From positions 31,062,001 through 31,126,000 of the forward strand of contig NC_043020.1 in the NCBI RefSeq assembly GCF_006345805.1: 64,000 bases of DNA, in the 5' to 3' direction. The position numbers were made by a program, and so were the translations under genes. The stretch is from Octopus sinensis. Lineage: Eukaryota. A model generated the notes under the pieces. The model had not been told where the DNA came from. It saw only the letters and a program-made list of their open reading frames with translations, and searched no databases. Below are positions 14,131-27,079 of this stretch, piece after piece (the stretch's first letter is position 1; each line of letters starts with the position of its first letter).

Positions 14131-14287
14131 TATATTCAAGAGATGATGAATTATTTACATTCGACGGATATTTGTCGTCATCTTGTTTGTTGTTAGCACG
14201 TTTCCGCTGATATACCCTCCAGCTTTCTTCAGGTGTCTTGGGGAAATTTCGAACCTGCCTGGGTTATCATTCACAAGGTATTTTTCA

Positions 14288-14428
14288 ATGTTATTATTAT
14301 TATTATTATTATTAGTATTATCATCATTATTATTATTATTATTATTATTATTGTTCAGGTCACTGCTCAGAATCGAACTCGGAATCTTGGGGTTAGTAGC
14401 CTGCGTTCTTAACCACTACGCCACGGGC
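14288..14428 (-). mobile_element. Minimal tRNA-like SINE/pseudo-tRNA (head plus (AAT)n tail)
   Basis: GCCCGTGGCGTAGTGGTTAAGAACGCAGGCTACTAACCCCAAGATTCCGAGTTCGATTCT: A and B boxes present, anticodon and acceptor stems poor. Confidence 0.7.
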
Positions 14429-14649
14429 ATATGGCAGCACCCTCAGCCTAACCCACACCCCACTCTCGCATCTCCCACACACCATTCTCACCTCTCCCAC
14501 ACACCACTACACCCTACACCACCATACCACATCACATCACATCACACCACCACGCACACACTAGCACTGACCACATCCCCGCCCCACATTCAAGGTCACT
14601 AGCCCTCTTCCACACGCACATATATACTCTATTATACACACGCACGTGC

Positions 14650-14865
14650 ACCGTCGTTTTGGGATCACCACTACTTTATTATCTCCCCTTCTTCATAGCT
14701 CTCCTGCGCGACCCCTCTGTCCGGCATTCGCCATGATAGATCGCTAGCCACTACACATTCTTTATTTTCTCTCCTTGTTTTTTTGTGTGGAAGAGCGTAG
14801 GCTCGAAACGTTAAAGACTTTTTCACTTCCCGAGCGTTAAACCTGTCTTCGTCTTTCGTTTTTTT
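14650..14865 (+). mobile_element. Penelope-like terminal-repeat remnant with hammerhead-like motif
   Basis: GAAGAGCGTAGGCTCGAAACGTT: a GAGC/GCTC hairpin followed by GAAAC, typical of PLE termini. Confidence 0.45.
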
Positions 14866-14878
14866 TTGTGAATTCTCC

Positions 14879-14926
<48 letters not shown>

Positions 14927-15042
14927 GTGTGTGTGCATGTACTTCTAAATATTTATGTGTGCATAAACACACATTTGACAAAAAGAGAGATGGGGAAGGA
15001 GAGAGAGAGAGAGAGAGATGCAGAAAATTTTGTAACACTCAC

Positions 15043-15121
15043 CAGGTCTATGTTCTTTATAAGTATCACCAATAGTGATGTAACTCATTTCAGAGAACAA
15101 ACCAATTCTGTCCATATCCAT
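15043..15121 (-). CDS. CFAP96: CFAP96/C4orf47 homologue, first coding exon (MDMDRIGLFSEMSYITIGDTYKEHRP)
   Basis: Manual minus-strand translation matches the remembered human C4orf47 N-terminus (DMERIGLFSEMEYITVGDKY). ATG at 15121, donor G|GTGAGT at 15042, 79 nt, ends in phase 1, in-frame stop upstream. Not in the ORF track. Confidence 0.9.
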
Positions 15122-16193
15122 GACTAAAAGAATTTTAGCGGAAACGGTCTTCTACAAGCAGGTTTTTTTCTTTTTCCTAGTAATGCTAACTTCAAAAATT
15201 GGGACAGGAGCAATCGATGACATAAAAGCAAAAAACATATGTTACAAAACTTTTTCCTTTTTATTTTTTTCTTGTTTAGTCTTGTTCAGTTTTCTGTGAT
15301 TTCTTTTATAAACTCTCCTTGTGGTTTGAAATCGAAATGTCCTGTCCGGTCTTCGTCACATGTGTTATTGTTTTGGCAGTTACCAAGGAGTAGAATGGCA
15401 ATCTAGAAAGTTGGTGTGACGCTTATATACGTGTACAAACAAATCTGTGTGAGTGTATATAACATACATATGTATATATGTATGTGTGCGTGTGTGTGTG
15501 TGTGAGAGAGAGGAACAAGAGAGAAGCAACGAGGAAAATAATGATAGCTGCGATTCAAAAGGTGTAAAAGTTATGATAGCTCTTACAACAAAATATTACA
15601 AAATTTTATGTTACTGTATTACTGAATTTCACTTGACAGCAACTATATTTCTATCCCTTCCTCACTTTATTCCTCTCCCTATGGCAATCTAATTTTATTA
15701 TGCTTCCTCTTTCTTTCAATCTATTTTCGCGTCTCCTCTCTATTTTGTTTATACACTTCCTATCTGTACGGTTGCCTTTCGTCTATAAGTTTCTTTTGCT
15801 TCTTTTCTATCTCATTTTCATTCTCTCTTTCTTTCTCTTTTCCTATGTCCTCCTCTATCTCTCTCATTCTTACTCTCTTTCTATGTCTCTTAATCTCCCC
15901 TTCCACTGTCTTTCTGATCTGTTTCTTTTTACTAGTCTCTATTTCTTTTAACATACTCTTCACTTTATCTAGTTGTTTATCTTATTTATTCACAATACTT
16001 TTCTCTCTTTCTTCACTTTATGCTCCCCCCACCTCCACTTCATCTTCCCTTCTTCGTCTTATTGGCGCGAAACTGTGTTTTATGTCGTCAGAGCTTAAAG
16101 TATTTTCCTCGGGGATTTCTTCTGAATGTAATTCCTTGTTTTCAATGCTTCTTCCATTTGTTTTGCAAAGAAATTTATTTCTAGCGTGCTTCT

Positions 16194-16207
16194 GTTGTCT
16201 TGGTAAC
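16194..16207. promoter_or_regulatory. Candidate RFX X-box (GTTGTCTTGGTAAC) about 1.07 kb upstream of the CFAP96 ATG
   Basis: Fits the 14-bp X-box consensus RYHNYYWTRSHRAY and lies in non-repetitive sequence upstream of a ciliary gene. Function is inferred. Confidence 0.5.
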
Positions 16208-16276
16208 ATAGCAAACCCACAAAACCTCTCGCTGAAGAATAATACAGATTTAGAATAACACAAACACACACATACA

Positions 16277-16327
<51 letters not shown>

Positions 16328-16533
16328 TCTCTCTTTCTCTCTCTCACACACACACACAAAAGAGGAAGACAAGTACACAGATGTGAGAGAAAACAAATTG
16401 AGGAAAGGAAACGGAAATGTAGAATGTAAGAGGGTAAAAGGGAAACAGATAAAGGTCGTAGGAAGAAATTGTGGTTAGATTTAGGACGAAAAATATGCAT
16501 AGATACATAAATACATATGTTTTTATGTGTGTA

Positions 16534-16567
<34 letters not shown>

Positions 16568-16799
16568 CACACACACATATATATATATACGCTTAAATAT
16601 TTGTTGTGCAAGAATTTTTATGTGAAGTCGTGTGTTGAAACAGATATTGTTATATTTCGGAATGGTCATATTGCCAGTTTAGCCAATAAAAACACACGCA
16701 CTATATATTTATATATATACATATATACATATATATATACATACACACACACACATATATATATATATACAAATACACACACACACACACACATATATA

Positions 16800-16935
16800 T
16801 ATCTCTTCTATAAAATCCGTTATATCTGTCTGTGTGTGTGTGTCTTCTCGGATCTCTGGCATCCTCCATCCAATTGCGCTCAAATTTGATATGTAGATAC
16901 CGACGGTATCAGGGCGTGTATAAGTCTTGAAAAAA
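16800..16935 (+). mobile_element. Possible non-autonomous Helitron 5' end
   Basis: Starts TC after an AT tract (TCTCTTCTATAAAA..TCTGTCTGTGTG) with an internal CTCAAATTTGATATG motif. No matched 3' end assigned. Confidence 0.35.
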
Positions 16936-17422
16936 AAAAACGATTCCAGGTGAGAATGCGATCGATAAAGCCGTTTTGCCCTGCTTTTCTTCCGTCAACC
17001 TGTATATAACTGCACCTTCCATTTTTGTACTGCTTAAAGGCACGTTTCTTTCTTGCCAAGCTGACTGTTTTAAACCATGTTTTTGTTCTCCCAGTCAACA
17101 GCCTTATCATTACTGGTACTTTAAACTCTTCGGTTGCACATTTGTGTGAATAAAATCGTTTTTCTTTGGAATAGAAAAAAGTCTATCCTTAATTCTTCTT
17201 TTACTGGTGTCTCAAGTTTAGGTTAAATCAGTGTTTCTCAAAGGGGTGGCCTATGGGACAGTCGAACAAGTTGTTTTGAGAAAATTTGGTTTAAATGTTT
17301 AACTCAGTACCGTCGATTGGACGAAGGGCGTTTTGCTCGTGTATATATATGTATATATATTTCTTAGTGTATCATATCTCGCTATCTAAAAGTCATCTCC
17401 TCCCCCTCTCCATTTCTTTCTC

Positions 17423-17531
<109 letters not shown>

Positions 17532-17584
17532 CTATATAGTGGAATCTTTACATACATATGAGAGAATAAGGTGTACGTACGCCG

Positions 17585-17661
<77 letters not shown>

Positions 17662-17923
17662 CAAAATGGGACAAGAACGCAAAACATTCAAATAGACCAT
17701 ACAAAAAACACGGACGGGTCATTCGAAGTCTCTAATCTTCAGTCAAGAACAGGATCATCCTCGCAATTTCGGCTGCCGAAATTTTTATTGACCCAGAAAG
17801 GATCAAAGGCAAAGTCAACCTCAACAGAATTTGAACTCAGAATGCAAAGATAGATGAAATGCCACTAAGTATTTTTGGCATCTGCCAACTCTCCACCTTA
17901 AATCAACCTTAAAATCAATCTTA

Positions 17924-18154
17924 TTTCTTTACTACCCAAAAGGGGTTAAACACAGAGAGGACAAACAAGGACAGACAAACGGATTAAGTCGATTATATCG
18001 ACCCCAGTGCGTAACTGGTACTTATTTAATCGACCCCAAAAGGATGAAAGGCAAAGTCGACCTTGGCGGAATTTGAACTCAGAACGTAGCGGCAGACGAA
18101 ATACTGCTAAGCATTTCGCCTGGCGTGCTTACGTTTCTGCCAGCTCGCCGCCTT
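17924..18154 (-). mobile_element. Young tRNA-derived SINE with target-site duplication
   Basis: Head GGCGGCGAGCTGGCAGAAACG...GAGTTCAAATTCC. Central GCCTTTCATCCTTTTGGGGTCGATTAAATAAGTACCAG resembles the Meta/MESC domain as I recall it. AAAATCAATCTTA is repeated at 17911-17923 and 18155-18167. An older copy is adjacent at 17783-17900. Confidence 0.88.
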
Positions 18155-18394
18155 AAAATCAATCTTAGCAGGGTTTGAACTCAGAAAAGTCAGTGGTGTA
18201 AAATAAGATGTGTGCAGCATGAAAAACTATACAGGGGCCACTACTTTATATGTGTGTATATCCTGTTGGTAAAGGCATGCTTTATTTAAGGAAAGAGGTA
18301 GACAATTTGGTTATGCACAGGGCAGCCCAAACCCACACTATATCACTGCAGAAAGTGAGGAATTATGAATACTATTGCAAATAATTTTTTGTGT

Positions 18395-19050
18395 CATCAT
18401 CATCACCATCATCGTTATTATCATCATCATTACTTAATGTTCATTTTCCATGCAGACATCGGTTGGATGGTTTTACAGGAGCTAACCAGCTGAAGAGCTG
18501 CCCAGGATCTGATTGTCTGTTTTGGCATAGTTTCTATGACTGGATGCCCTTCTAACACCAAACACTTTACAGAGTGTACTGGGTGCTTTTACACAGCACA
18601 GGCACAGATGCATTTATATGGCACTAGTATGGATGTTTTTTACATGGCACCAGCACTCTCAAAATTAAGAACACTCAGCTAGAGAGGGACGCTGGAGATA
18701 TGCCTGTATGCAAGGACAACCACACTTTTACTTAGTTTGATGTATCTTCTCAAACACAGCAAACTGCCAGGAGTCTCGGTCCCCTGTCATCCCTTATGTA
18801 AGGCTCATTGTCTATAGATCTTTTCTCACCACTTCATACCATGTCTTCCTGGATCAATCCCTTCCACATATCCTCTCCACAATTAGAGATTAGTACCTCT
18901 TGATGCAACTGTCTTCATTCATATGCATTACATGACTGCACCGGTGCCGTCTTCTCTCTTGCCCACCACATCTGATGCCTCATTTACCCAGTTTTCCTCT
19001 CAAATCACTTACACTCTGCTGTATATGCACACCGACATTACCCATCTAGA
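18395..19050 (-). mobile_element. Decayed RTE 3' end with UTR
   Basis: Homologous to the ORF end and UTR of the 33580-34570 copy. Confidence 0.75.
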
Positions 19051-19139
19051 GGCGTATACCAATTAAATGGATTTATGAATATAAAATAATGATTTCTGGC
19101 ATAGACACAAGGCTCAAAATGTTAGTAGTGAGAAACATA

Positions 19140-19607
19140 CCATTAATCCTCGAGTATAGTCCACCCTTGAGTATAATACGCAAGGGATTTTTAGGGAGCT
19201 GTACCTCTGAAAAACCTAAACCTTGTGTATAACACGCACTCCTTCTCTAACTTGAGTCAAGGAAGTCCTTGGTTTGTAAAACTTTTTACAGTAACGTCCT
19301 TTATTATTATTGTACATATAACATAATGCAAACGTGTAGCTTTTTTGTGCATTTTGTTTGCTGAAAATAAAGAAATAACAGTAATAACGTTTAATAAGTG
19401 TTGCTAACTGCAAGTCATGGATGATTTAAGGTATTTTCGCGCCCGACATCCCAAAATGTGTTTAAATAAACATTGCCGGACAGCAAATAGAGACTCGGGC
19501 ATTGCTTAGAAAATAATTTTCATTTTTAACCTCGTATATAGTACGCACTAGGGATTTTGACCTTAAAATTTTGGGGGAAAATGCGGATTATGCTCGAGGA
19601 TTTACGG
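19140..19607. mobile_element. pogo/Tigger-type MITE (468 bp) with TA target duplication
   Basis: TA|CCATTAATCCTCGAGTATAGTCC ... GGATTATGCTCGAGGATTTACGG|TA imperfect TIRs, with subterminal GTATA..ACGCA repeats. It appears nested in an old SINE. A related half-element lies at about 19972-20030. Confidence 0.85.
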
Positions 19608-21262
19608 TAGTTGTTTTAATTTACTTCAGTACCTGATTAGTACTTTTCTTTTTACATTGGAAGACTGAAAATTGAAGTCAAACCAAGTAGTATTTGAACT
19701 TACTAATTTTGCCAATCAGTCACAGATAAAAGGTCATGTACATTAGATGTAATGCAACATGTTTTAAAATCAACCTCAAATTTGTTCACTACAGACTGGT
19801 GTTTCTCTATCATTTTTTTTTTTTTGCCTACCTCTTTGATTTCTATTTTACTCAGAAGGACCCTCATAGCGATTTGATATTTAAGAAAACTCCTATCGTA
19901 TTTTTATAATTAAATATTATTAGGATTTTTATTTTAAAAAATTGTTAAAACATCAAGTGTTTTGGAGAAGTACCTTATATACTCGACTATAAAACACCTT
20001 CGCCTATAAGACGCACCCTAGACTTACAAGGTTAGGGAAAAAAGTCAAAATTGAAGAATTTGGGGCGGAAAAAGGGGTGGTGTCATTTAACACTACCGAT
20101 TTTTGGCAATTTTCCGGAATCTCCGTATCCGAAAACAGCAAATTTGGGAGAAAATGGCGGAAGTTTTGTGTCAGTTATGATGTATAGGGATAAATATATT
20201 GATTCTTAAACAAGAGACCTTTTTCTACCACCTACCTTCACACACACCTTTAAAAATAAGTCTATTACTTCAAAAATAAGTCTATTACTTCAAAAATAAG
20301 TCTATTACTTAGAAAGGGGATTAAAATTTAAAGGAGCGGGTGTTTAGCAATTTCTGTTACATCAAGCTAAAAAATTTGCTCCAGCCTTTTAATCGTCAAT
20401 GTGTTGCCGTCCATGATGAAGAAGTTTTGAATGCTTGCCATCGTGAGTCTACTGTCGTGAGAAAGAATCAAGTCAAAACTTGGTTTTTAGGGATTTTCTT
20501 TTACATCAAGTTCAAAATTTTACGCCAGCCGTTGAACGGTCAATACGTTGCTGTCCGTCGTTAAGAAATGCCAGCCATGGTGACTCTACTATCCTCAAAT
20601 TCTATCCCTTCAAACTTTGGTTTCCAATATTTTATTATTTTTATTCAGCTCGCAAGTTCGTCTGTCCCTTTTAAATGTTAGTGTTTTGCTGTCTGTCTTG
20701 AAGCAGACCTTTCCTTTGTAACTGCCTGATATTTATGATTGATCTTTCTAAATATTTTATTTCTCAACTTACTCAAGATATTTTGTTGTTTATAAATGGG
20801 AGAGAGATAGATAAAGATAGAGAGTAAGAGAAAGCGAGGGAGAGTCCGAGAGAAAGGAAGAGTAAGAGAGTGGGAAAGTGAGAGAGAAAGGAGAAAGAAA
20901 CAAAGAGGGAGAATCATCATCATCATCATCATCGTTTAACGTCCGTTTTCCGTGCTAGCACGGGTTGGACAGTTTGACAGGGGTCTGGGAAGCCAGGAGG
21001 CTGCACCAGGCTCCAGTCTGATCTGGCAGTGTTTCGACAGGTGGATGCCCTTCCTAACGCCAACCACTCTGTGAGCGTAGTGGGTGCTTTTTTCGTGCCG
21101 CCTGCACAGGTGCCAGGGGGGCTGGCAGCGGCCACGATCGGTTGGTGCTTTTTACGTGTCACTGGCACAGAAGCCAGTCAAGGCGGCGCTGCAATCCGCC
21201 ACGTTCGGATGGTGCTTTTTACGTGCTGAAAGGAAGCAACAGAAAGTAACAACCACACTCTT

Positions 21263-21294
21263 ACCCGCGCGTAGAGCGGGTCACCTTCAGCTAG
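21263..21294 (+). mobile_element. Helitron-type 3' terminus
   Basis: Hairpin ACCCGC-GCGTAGA-GCGGGT, then 9 nt, then CTAG|T. Confidence 0.6.
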
Positions 21295-21789
21295 TATATA
21301 TATATATATATATATATACACGACGGGCTTCTTCAGTTTCCGTCTACCAAATCTACTCACAAGGTACCATGCAGTGGGATAGAACCCAGAAGGTTCGTAA
21401 GCAAGCTACTTACCACACAGCCACTCATATATATACGCATACACACGACTGGTTTTATTCATTTTCCAGGTACCCAATAGACTCAAAATGTCATGCAATG
21501 GGATAATGGTGATAATTCAGAGATTTAAATGAAATAAGGATGATTATAGTTGGAAGGGCAACTCTACTGAAATAAAAAGCATCAAGTCCTCAATACCTTT
21601 TGGTAGCAGCAACATTAGCATTTTGGATATAATTCATCTGTTTTGTGGATCATAGAATCATCCATGACGGACGTGTAGAAGTCAGTTATGTCTACTAAAA
21701 AATATATCAACATCATTTAACGTCTGTCTTCCTATAACAGTTGACTACAATGCTGCTATGCCAGTCATTGGGTATAATACCTTTCTATA

Positions 21790-22285
21790 TATCCTGATTA
21801 ACTATATGGGTGAAGAGTGTCAGACTGCCAGAAGGGAAGCTAGGAGGCAGGTTATTTAGCCAGAGGAGAAGCAGATAAGAAAAAATTTGCCAATGTTCTG
21901 CGCCGTGAAGACAAAAGACTTGAGGTATTTCGTGTTGCAAGACAGTGTGTGAGAGAGAATCGTGATGTGGTAGGAAAGAAATGTGTTTGCATGGATAATG
22001 GTTCACTTGCGCTAAATGTGGCTGCAAAGAGAGAGGTTTGGAGACGCCACTATGAAAGGTTGCTGAATAAAGAAAATGAATGGGATAAATAGAGTCTGCT
22101 GAATGTCGAGCCAACTGAGGGACCAGCTATCCGAGTTGACAGTACCTTGGTAGATAAGGTAATTAGAAGTATGAAGACAGGGAAAGCGCCATGCCCATCA
22201 GGAATTACTGCAGAGATGCTCAAAATATCTAGCGGTGTTGGCTATAGCCTAGTCACCCGTATAGTTAATCAGGTGATACAAGAAG
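21790..22285 (+). mobile_element. RTE linker/pre-RT fragment
   Basis: WRRHYERLLNKENEW and MKTGKAPCPSGITAEMLK. Confidence 0.8.
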
Positions 22286-22398
22286 CCCGAAATTTACTTC
22301 AATCCCATCTCATAGAATTCATGTGGCGTTATGAATTTAAGGACGAAATCTTCGGAAAGTCATTGGAACAAATTCGACATCTATATCCATGCGTTTGA
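22286..22398 (+). mobile_element. Merlin transposase C-terminal fragment fused to the RTE piece
   Basis: RNLLQSHLIEFMWRYEF...IRHLYP resembles the ISXO2-type C-terminus. Confidence 0.6.
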
Positions 22399-23412
22399 GA
22401 TCTTACAGAGTCTAGCATAAGTATCACATTTATTTTAAAACTTAACTTCAAACTTCATTTGTTTTATATTTTGATAAATTCCCTCTGTTGAAAATTATAT
22501 TTTTTATATTCTAAATAATTTGCAATTTCAGAAAATATATTAACTTTGCATTTTTTAATTTGATAAATTCTACGGAAACAAACGAAGGTGCACGAGTGAC
22601 CCCAGATTGACGTCACACTTTTTTACTTTCCTCCTGACAGCTAATTCTCCGGTAGTGTTCTGGAATGTTCTCCTCCATTTGGAACTTTGATTTCTCTTCA
22701 ATCTGGAAATATTTGTCTTGTTTTTTCACTGAAAATTGTTTATAAGTTAGTGCTTTTATGAATACATATTACTTAAAATGAATTTCGACGAGTAACGTTT
22801 GTAAACAAACAGTTTTCTGTATATGAGAGAAGTGAATATGGACTGCCGTGAAAATATCCAAAAGTTAGTTTTTATTTTTATTTATAACTCACTGAAAAAG
22901 ATTTGTCCTGCTTCTAAGAATTGTGAAATAAGTCAACAGAAGAATTTCCAGTCATAAATTCTCGAAGTTGCTGTTTGTCCTCCACCGAAAAAGTAAGAAT
23001 TTATTAATATTATTGTCAAACCATTTATCTTCTTAAGTTTTGTGTCAATTATGATGTATAGGGATAAATATATTGATTCTTAAACAAGAGACTTCTTTCT
23101 ACAACCTTACCTTCACACACACACACACACCTTTAAAAATAAGTCTATTACTTCAAATGTTAATGGTTTCTGTTAAGACTCAGCAATTTTTAAACGAGTT
23201 CTTGACTAGAATTTGGTTTGTCAACTGTTAAAATAACTTTCAGTTCTTTAGACGTTCACATGATTAACAAGGCTAACGTGGGGTGGCTAGAAATAGCAGT
23301 CAAATTACTCTCAGATCCATACAAGATCATGCAATTGTTCAGTCTAGGAGCCCAATAACAAATCAACTTAGTTGTTTATTAAAGAAATCGATATTTAGAG
23401 AGTGAAAACGTG

Positions 23413-23539
23413 TTTTTCTCTCTTTTTTGCTGGAGCACCGACTTTGGTCGAGCAAATCGACCCCAGGACTTATTCTTTGTAAGCCTAGTACTTATTCTAT
23501 CGGTCTCTATTGCCGTAAACACAACGCACGCACACATAC

Positions 23540-23626
<87 letters not shown>

Positions 23627-23763
23627 GACGGGCTTCTTCAGTTTCCGTCTACCAAATCCACTCACAAGACTATAGTAGAAGATACTTGCCCAAGGTGCCA
23701 TGCAGTGGGATAGAACCCGGAACCATGTGGTTCGTAAGCAAGCTACTTACCACACAGCCACTC
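23413..23763 (-). mobile_element. CORE-type (OR2-like) tRNA SINE with internal microsatellite
   Basis: Reverse complement of the 54787 family. Other copies or fragments at 21300-21425, 23900-24080, 26715-26845, 34600-34870, 36627-36780, 39461-40165, 49950-50490, 53258-53320 and 60490-60612. Confidence 0.85.
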
Positions 23764-24439
23764 ATATATATACACATACACACGACTGGTTTTATTCATT
23801 TTCCAGGAGGGTGGACTGCTAAAAAATGCAGTGAAATCTGGATATGCTAGAAACAGCAGTCAAATCTCTTATATGGAAATCTTCATGTGTGAGTGTGCGT
23901 GTGTGCTAGTCACCCACCCCCACATTCGCTTGGAAACCGATGTCGGTGTGTTTATGTCGACGAAGCTGAGCGCCTTGGCAAAAAGTGACCGATGGAATAA
24001 GTACTAGGCTTACAAGGAATAAGTCCTGGGATCGATTTGTTTCGACTAAAGGCGGTGCTCCAGCATAGCCGCAGTCAACATGTGGGAAAAAAAGTCAAAA
24101 CTGAAGAAGTTGGGGGGAAAGGCGGGGACAAAGTTTCACAATTCCGATTTTTGGCAATTTTCCGAAAACGGGGATTTTTGGCAGACACAAAAAAGGAATT
24201 ACAAATTAATTTACACCATGGAAATACGGAACTATGGCGGCTGAAAATTGGTGTCTGACTTTTTGCAAAGCATTGTGGGATTGTCGTCTGTATGATTTGA
24301 ATGGCGCGAGATTCAGTTTTTTATTGAAATTTTTATTGAATATTGGTCCTGCAGAGTGAAAGAAGTAAGTAAGAAACTATTATTAGACTGGAGAATCATA
24401 CTCCACATCCCCATTAAGGACTTTTTCGTTTTCAATGTA

Positions 24440-24870
24440 CTCGAGTGTTGTTGTTTATGTTATTGTTGTGAAGTGTGGTTGCATGTTCGAAATGTAATTA
24501 GATAAGTTTTCAACAGACATTCTAACTGATTTGTCAGTCGAGAAGCATACAATCTCTCTATTTTTTAATTTGTTATGGCCTTTCTTAATTTTGGTGTCAA
24601 GATCACGGGTCTTATTTTTTGTTCGTTTTTGTTTATGCCTTTGGGTGTAATTAGAGAAAGCTGACAGGAGTTTGGATTTAGTAAGGGTAAACTTTGCTGT
24701 ACTGGAACGAAAACAATTGCAGCATGGAAGGTGTTTATAAGCCATTTAAGAAACACACAAAAACCGTTAGATTCACTTTAATATTTAAATTTAATTTGTC
24801 AAAATATTTTCGTTGTTTTGAGACTGCGACTTCTTCACTGACAAAATTCCGTGCTGCATCTGAGAAAGTA
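24440..24870 (-). mobile_element. Possible Penelope-like RT-ORF fragment
   Basis: KGHNKLKNREIVCFSTDKSVRMSVENLSNY resembles the PLE pre-RT 'DK.G..V' segment; weak. Confidence 0.4.
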
Positions 24871-25110
24871 ACAGTTAGTTCATGATATATATGTACGTAC
24901 GTATGTATGTATGTATATGTGTACATGTATGTGCGCATGCCTATACGCATGTATGTATGTACTTATGTACTTGTGAGTATTTAGGAGAAATAGACGTGTC
25001 TGTGTGTGTACATGTGTATGTACTTGCGAACGTATGTTTATGTAATATGTGTCAGTTCAATTTGTATACTTGACTGTTACCTTGCCACTCGCTATGCAAG
25101 TACATCTCTT

Positions 25111-25229
<119 letters not shown>

Positions 25230-27079
25230 CAGATTGTAACATAGATAAATATATAGACAGAAATAGATAGAGTCAGAAGAATAGACATACCAACTACCAA
25301 ACACCTAGAAAGATAGACTGCTTGATAGCTCGATAAATAGATAGATGCTTATGTTTTTTTATTGCTACTCATCACTCATTTTGTCCATTTTATGTTTCTC
25401 ACCTGTACTGCCCTTTGTAAAGAATTAGCAAACTGAGCTGTTTTGCAATAAAGGCTTGAATGGATTGAGAGCCATATGATAAACTGGTGAAGGAAGCATG
25501 GATTTAAACTCTGCCTTATTAGTTGCTCATTGGTGAAATAGCATAAAAAATATTGTTTATGGTTAAGATTTCTTAATTAATATCAGTTTCTATATTAGTG
25601 TATGCATCTTTAGTGAAATGATGATGAACTCTCTTACAATATGACTATGTGAATTGCTGAAATTATGGTATATTGTAAATTTCACGAATATTTGAATGAC
25701 AGGAAAGCTATCCTGTTTCCTAACATGCAGATTTATTTTTCCCAAGTCATTTGATTAATTGGTCATGTTTGTAAAACAGGGGAATGCCTCAAATTTTAGA
25801 GGAAGTGGTTAATTGATTAAATTGATCTTATTACTTGACTTGCACTTTTTTTATCAACGATGAAAGGAAGAGAAACAAAGTTAGCCTCAACAGGATTTGA
25901 AACTAGAATATAAAGAGCTGGTAGAAATATTGGAAGGTATTTTGCCAACACTCTAACAATTGTGCCTCTCCACCATCTTAAGTTTAATAGAATAAAATCT
26001 GTGAATGAATTTTGATGAATTTCTTGTGTAGTTTTAATGAAAGTTGGTCTCACATTGCTTGCATTTATATCTTTCCTGAGACATGTAAAAGTTTCCATTT
26101 GTATAATACTTGGCTGCTTGTCACTTCAAATAAAGAGTAGTGAACTGATATTAAAGCCAAAATTTTCCTTTCGCTACTATTAGGATGTTTTTCATTTTTA
26201 CTTTCAGGGTTAACAAATGAATGATTACACTTATTGGTTTACATGCGAACTTTTGTTTATTTTATATCCTTCTATATGTTGGATATGCAAATTTCACGAA
26301 GCAGGGATAGACACAACTGTCTTCACACAACCTACTTCAGATTACTCCACTAAACACAATACTCTAGTAAATAGAAACTCTGAACAATGTCAACAACTTC
26401 CATGAACTCCCAATGACTCTCTTTGTCTCAACCAATATGCTAATTTTTTTATAAGAGTTTTGCTAGTCCATTCTTCCAATCCCATAGGGGTGCCAATGAC
26501 TCTCACCACAACAGTTTATACATGTATATTTTACCAAAACAAGTATCCCCATGCGAAGCTTCACCTGTATGTAAGTACATAACTTTTTTGTTAATTTAAG
26601 TTTTCTGTTAGTTAACCATAGCTGTTTGTAAATTGAACACCTGTTTCTCTGTGTATATTGAACAATTTCCATAAGATATATATGTTTGCAAATGTAAAAT
26701 ATGTTTGTTTCCCAATGCCATGGTTTAGGGTCTAGTTCTACTGTGTGGCATTTTGGGCAAGAGTCTTCGACTATAGGTAGAGATCAACAAATGCATTTTT
26801 AGTGAAAGTGGTTGATGGGAACTATATGAAGCTTATTGCATGTGTGTGTATACACCATATCAATTATGTGATGCATGTTATAGGTAACTGTTGACAAAAA
26901 GTGCAAAATACTCATTGAAAAATCAAAATAATTTAGAGTAATGTCAAGAAGGGATGTGGAATGGATAGTGAAAGGTCTGGCTTGGAAGGTGTCCCACAGT
27001 ATTGCAGCCTGTGCCTATGTGTCATCTTGCTACTGCAAGAGAGTACAGACCATTGAATGTTTGTGAAATATTGGCATCT

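Noticed and set aside
14353-14428. Functional tRNA-Ser(ACT)
   Set aside because: Acceptor and anticodon stems do not pair well, and it ends in an (AAT)n tail; SINE-like.
16018-16250. Minus-strand open frames after a CAG acceptor as a coding exon
   Set aside because: No recognisable homology; they terminate upstream of the CFAP96 ATG and are more likely promoter or UTR.
17660-17780. Third hammerhead-like motif on the minus strand (CTGAAGA...CTTCGAAT)
   Set aside because: GAAA core is broken and stem II is poor; too degenerate to support.
22608-22615. Perfect CRE palindrome TGACGTCA
   Set aside because: An 8-mer is expected by chance at about this frequency, and there is no linked gene evidence.
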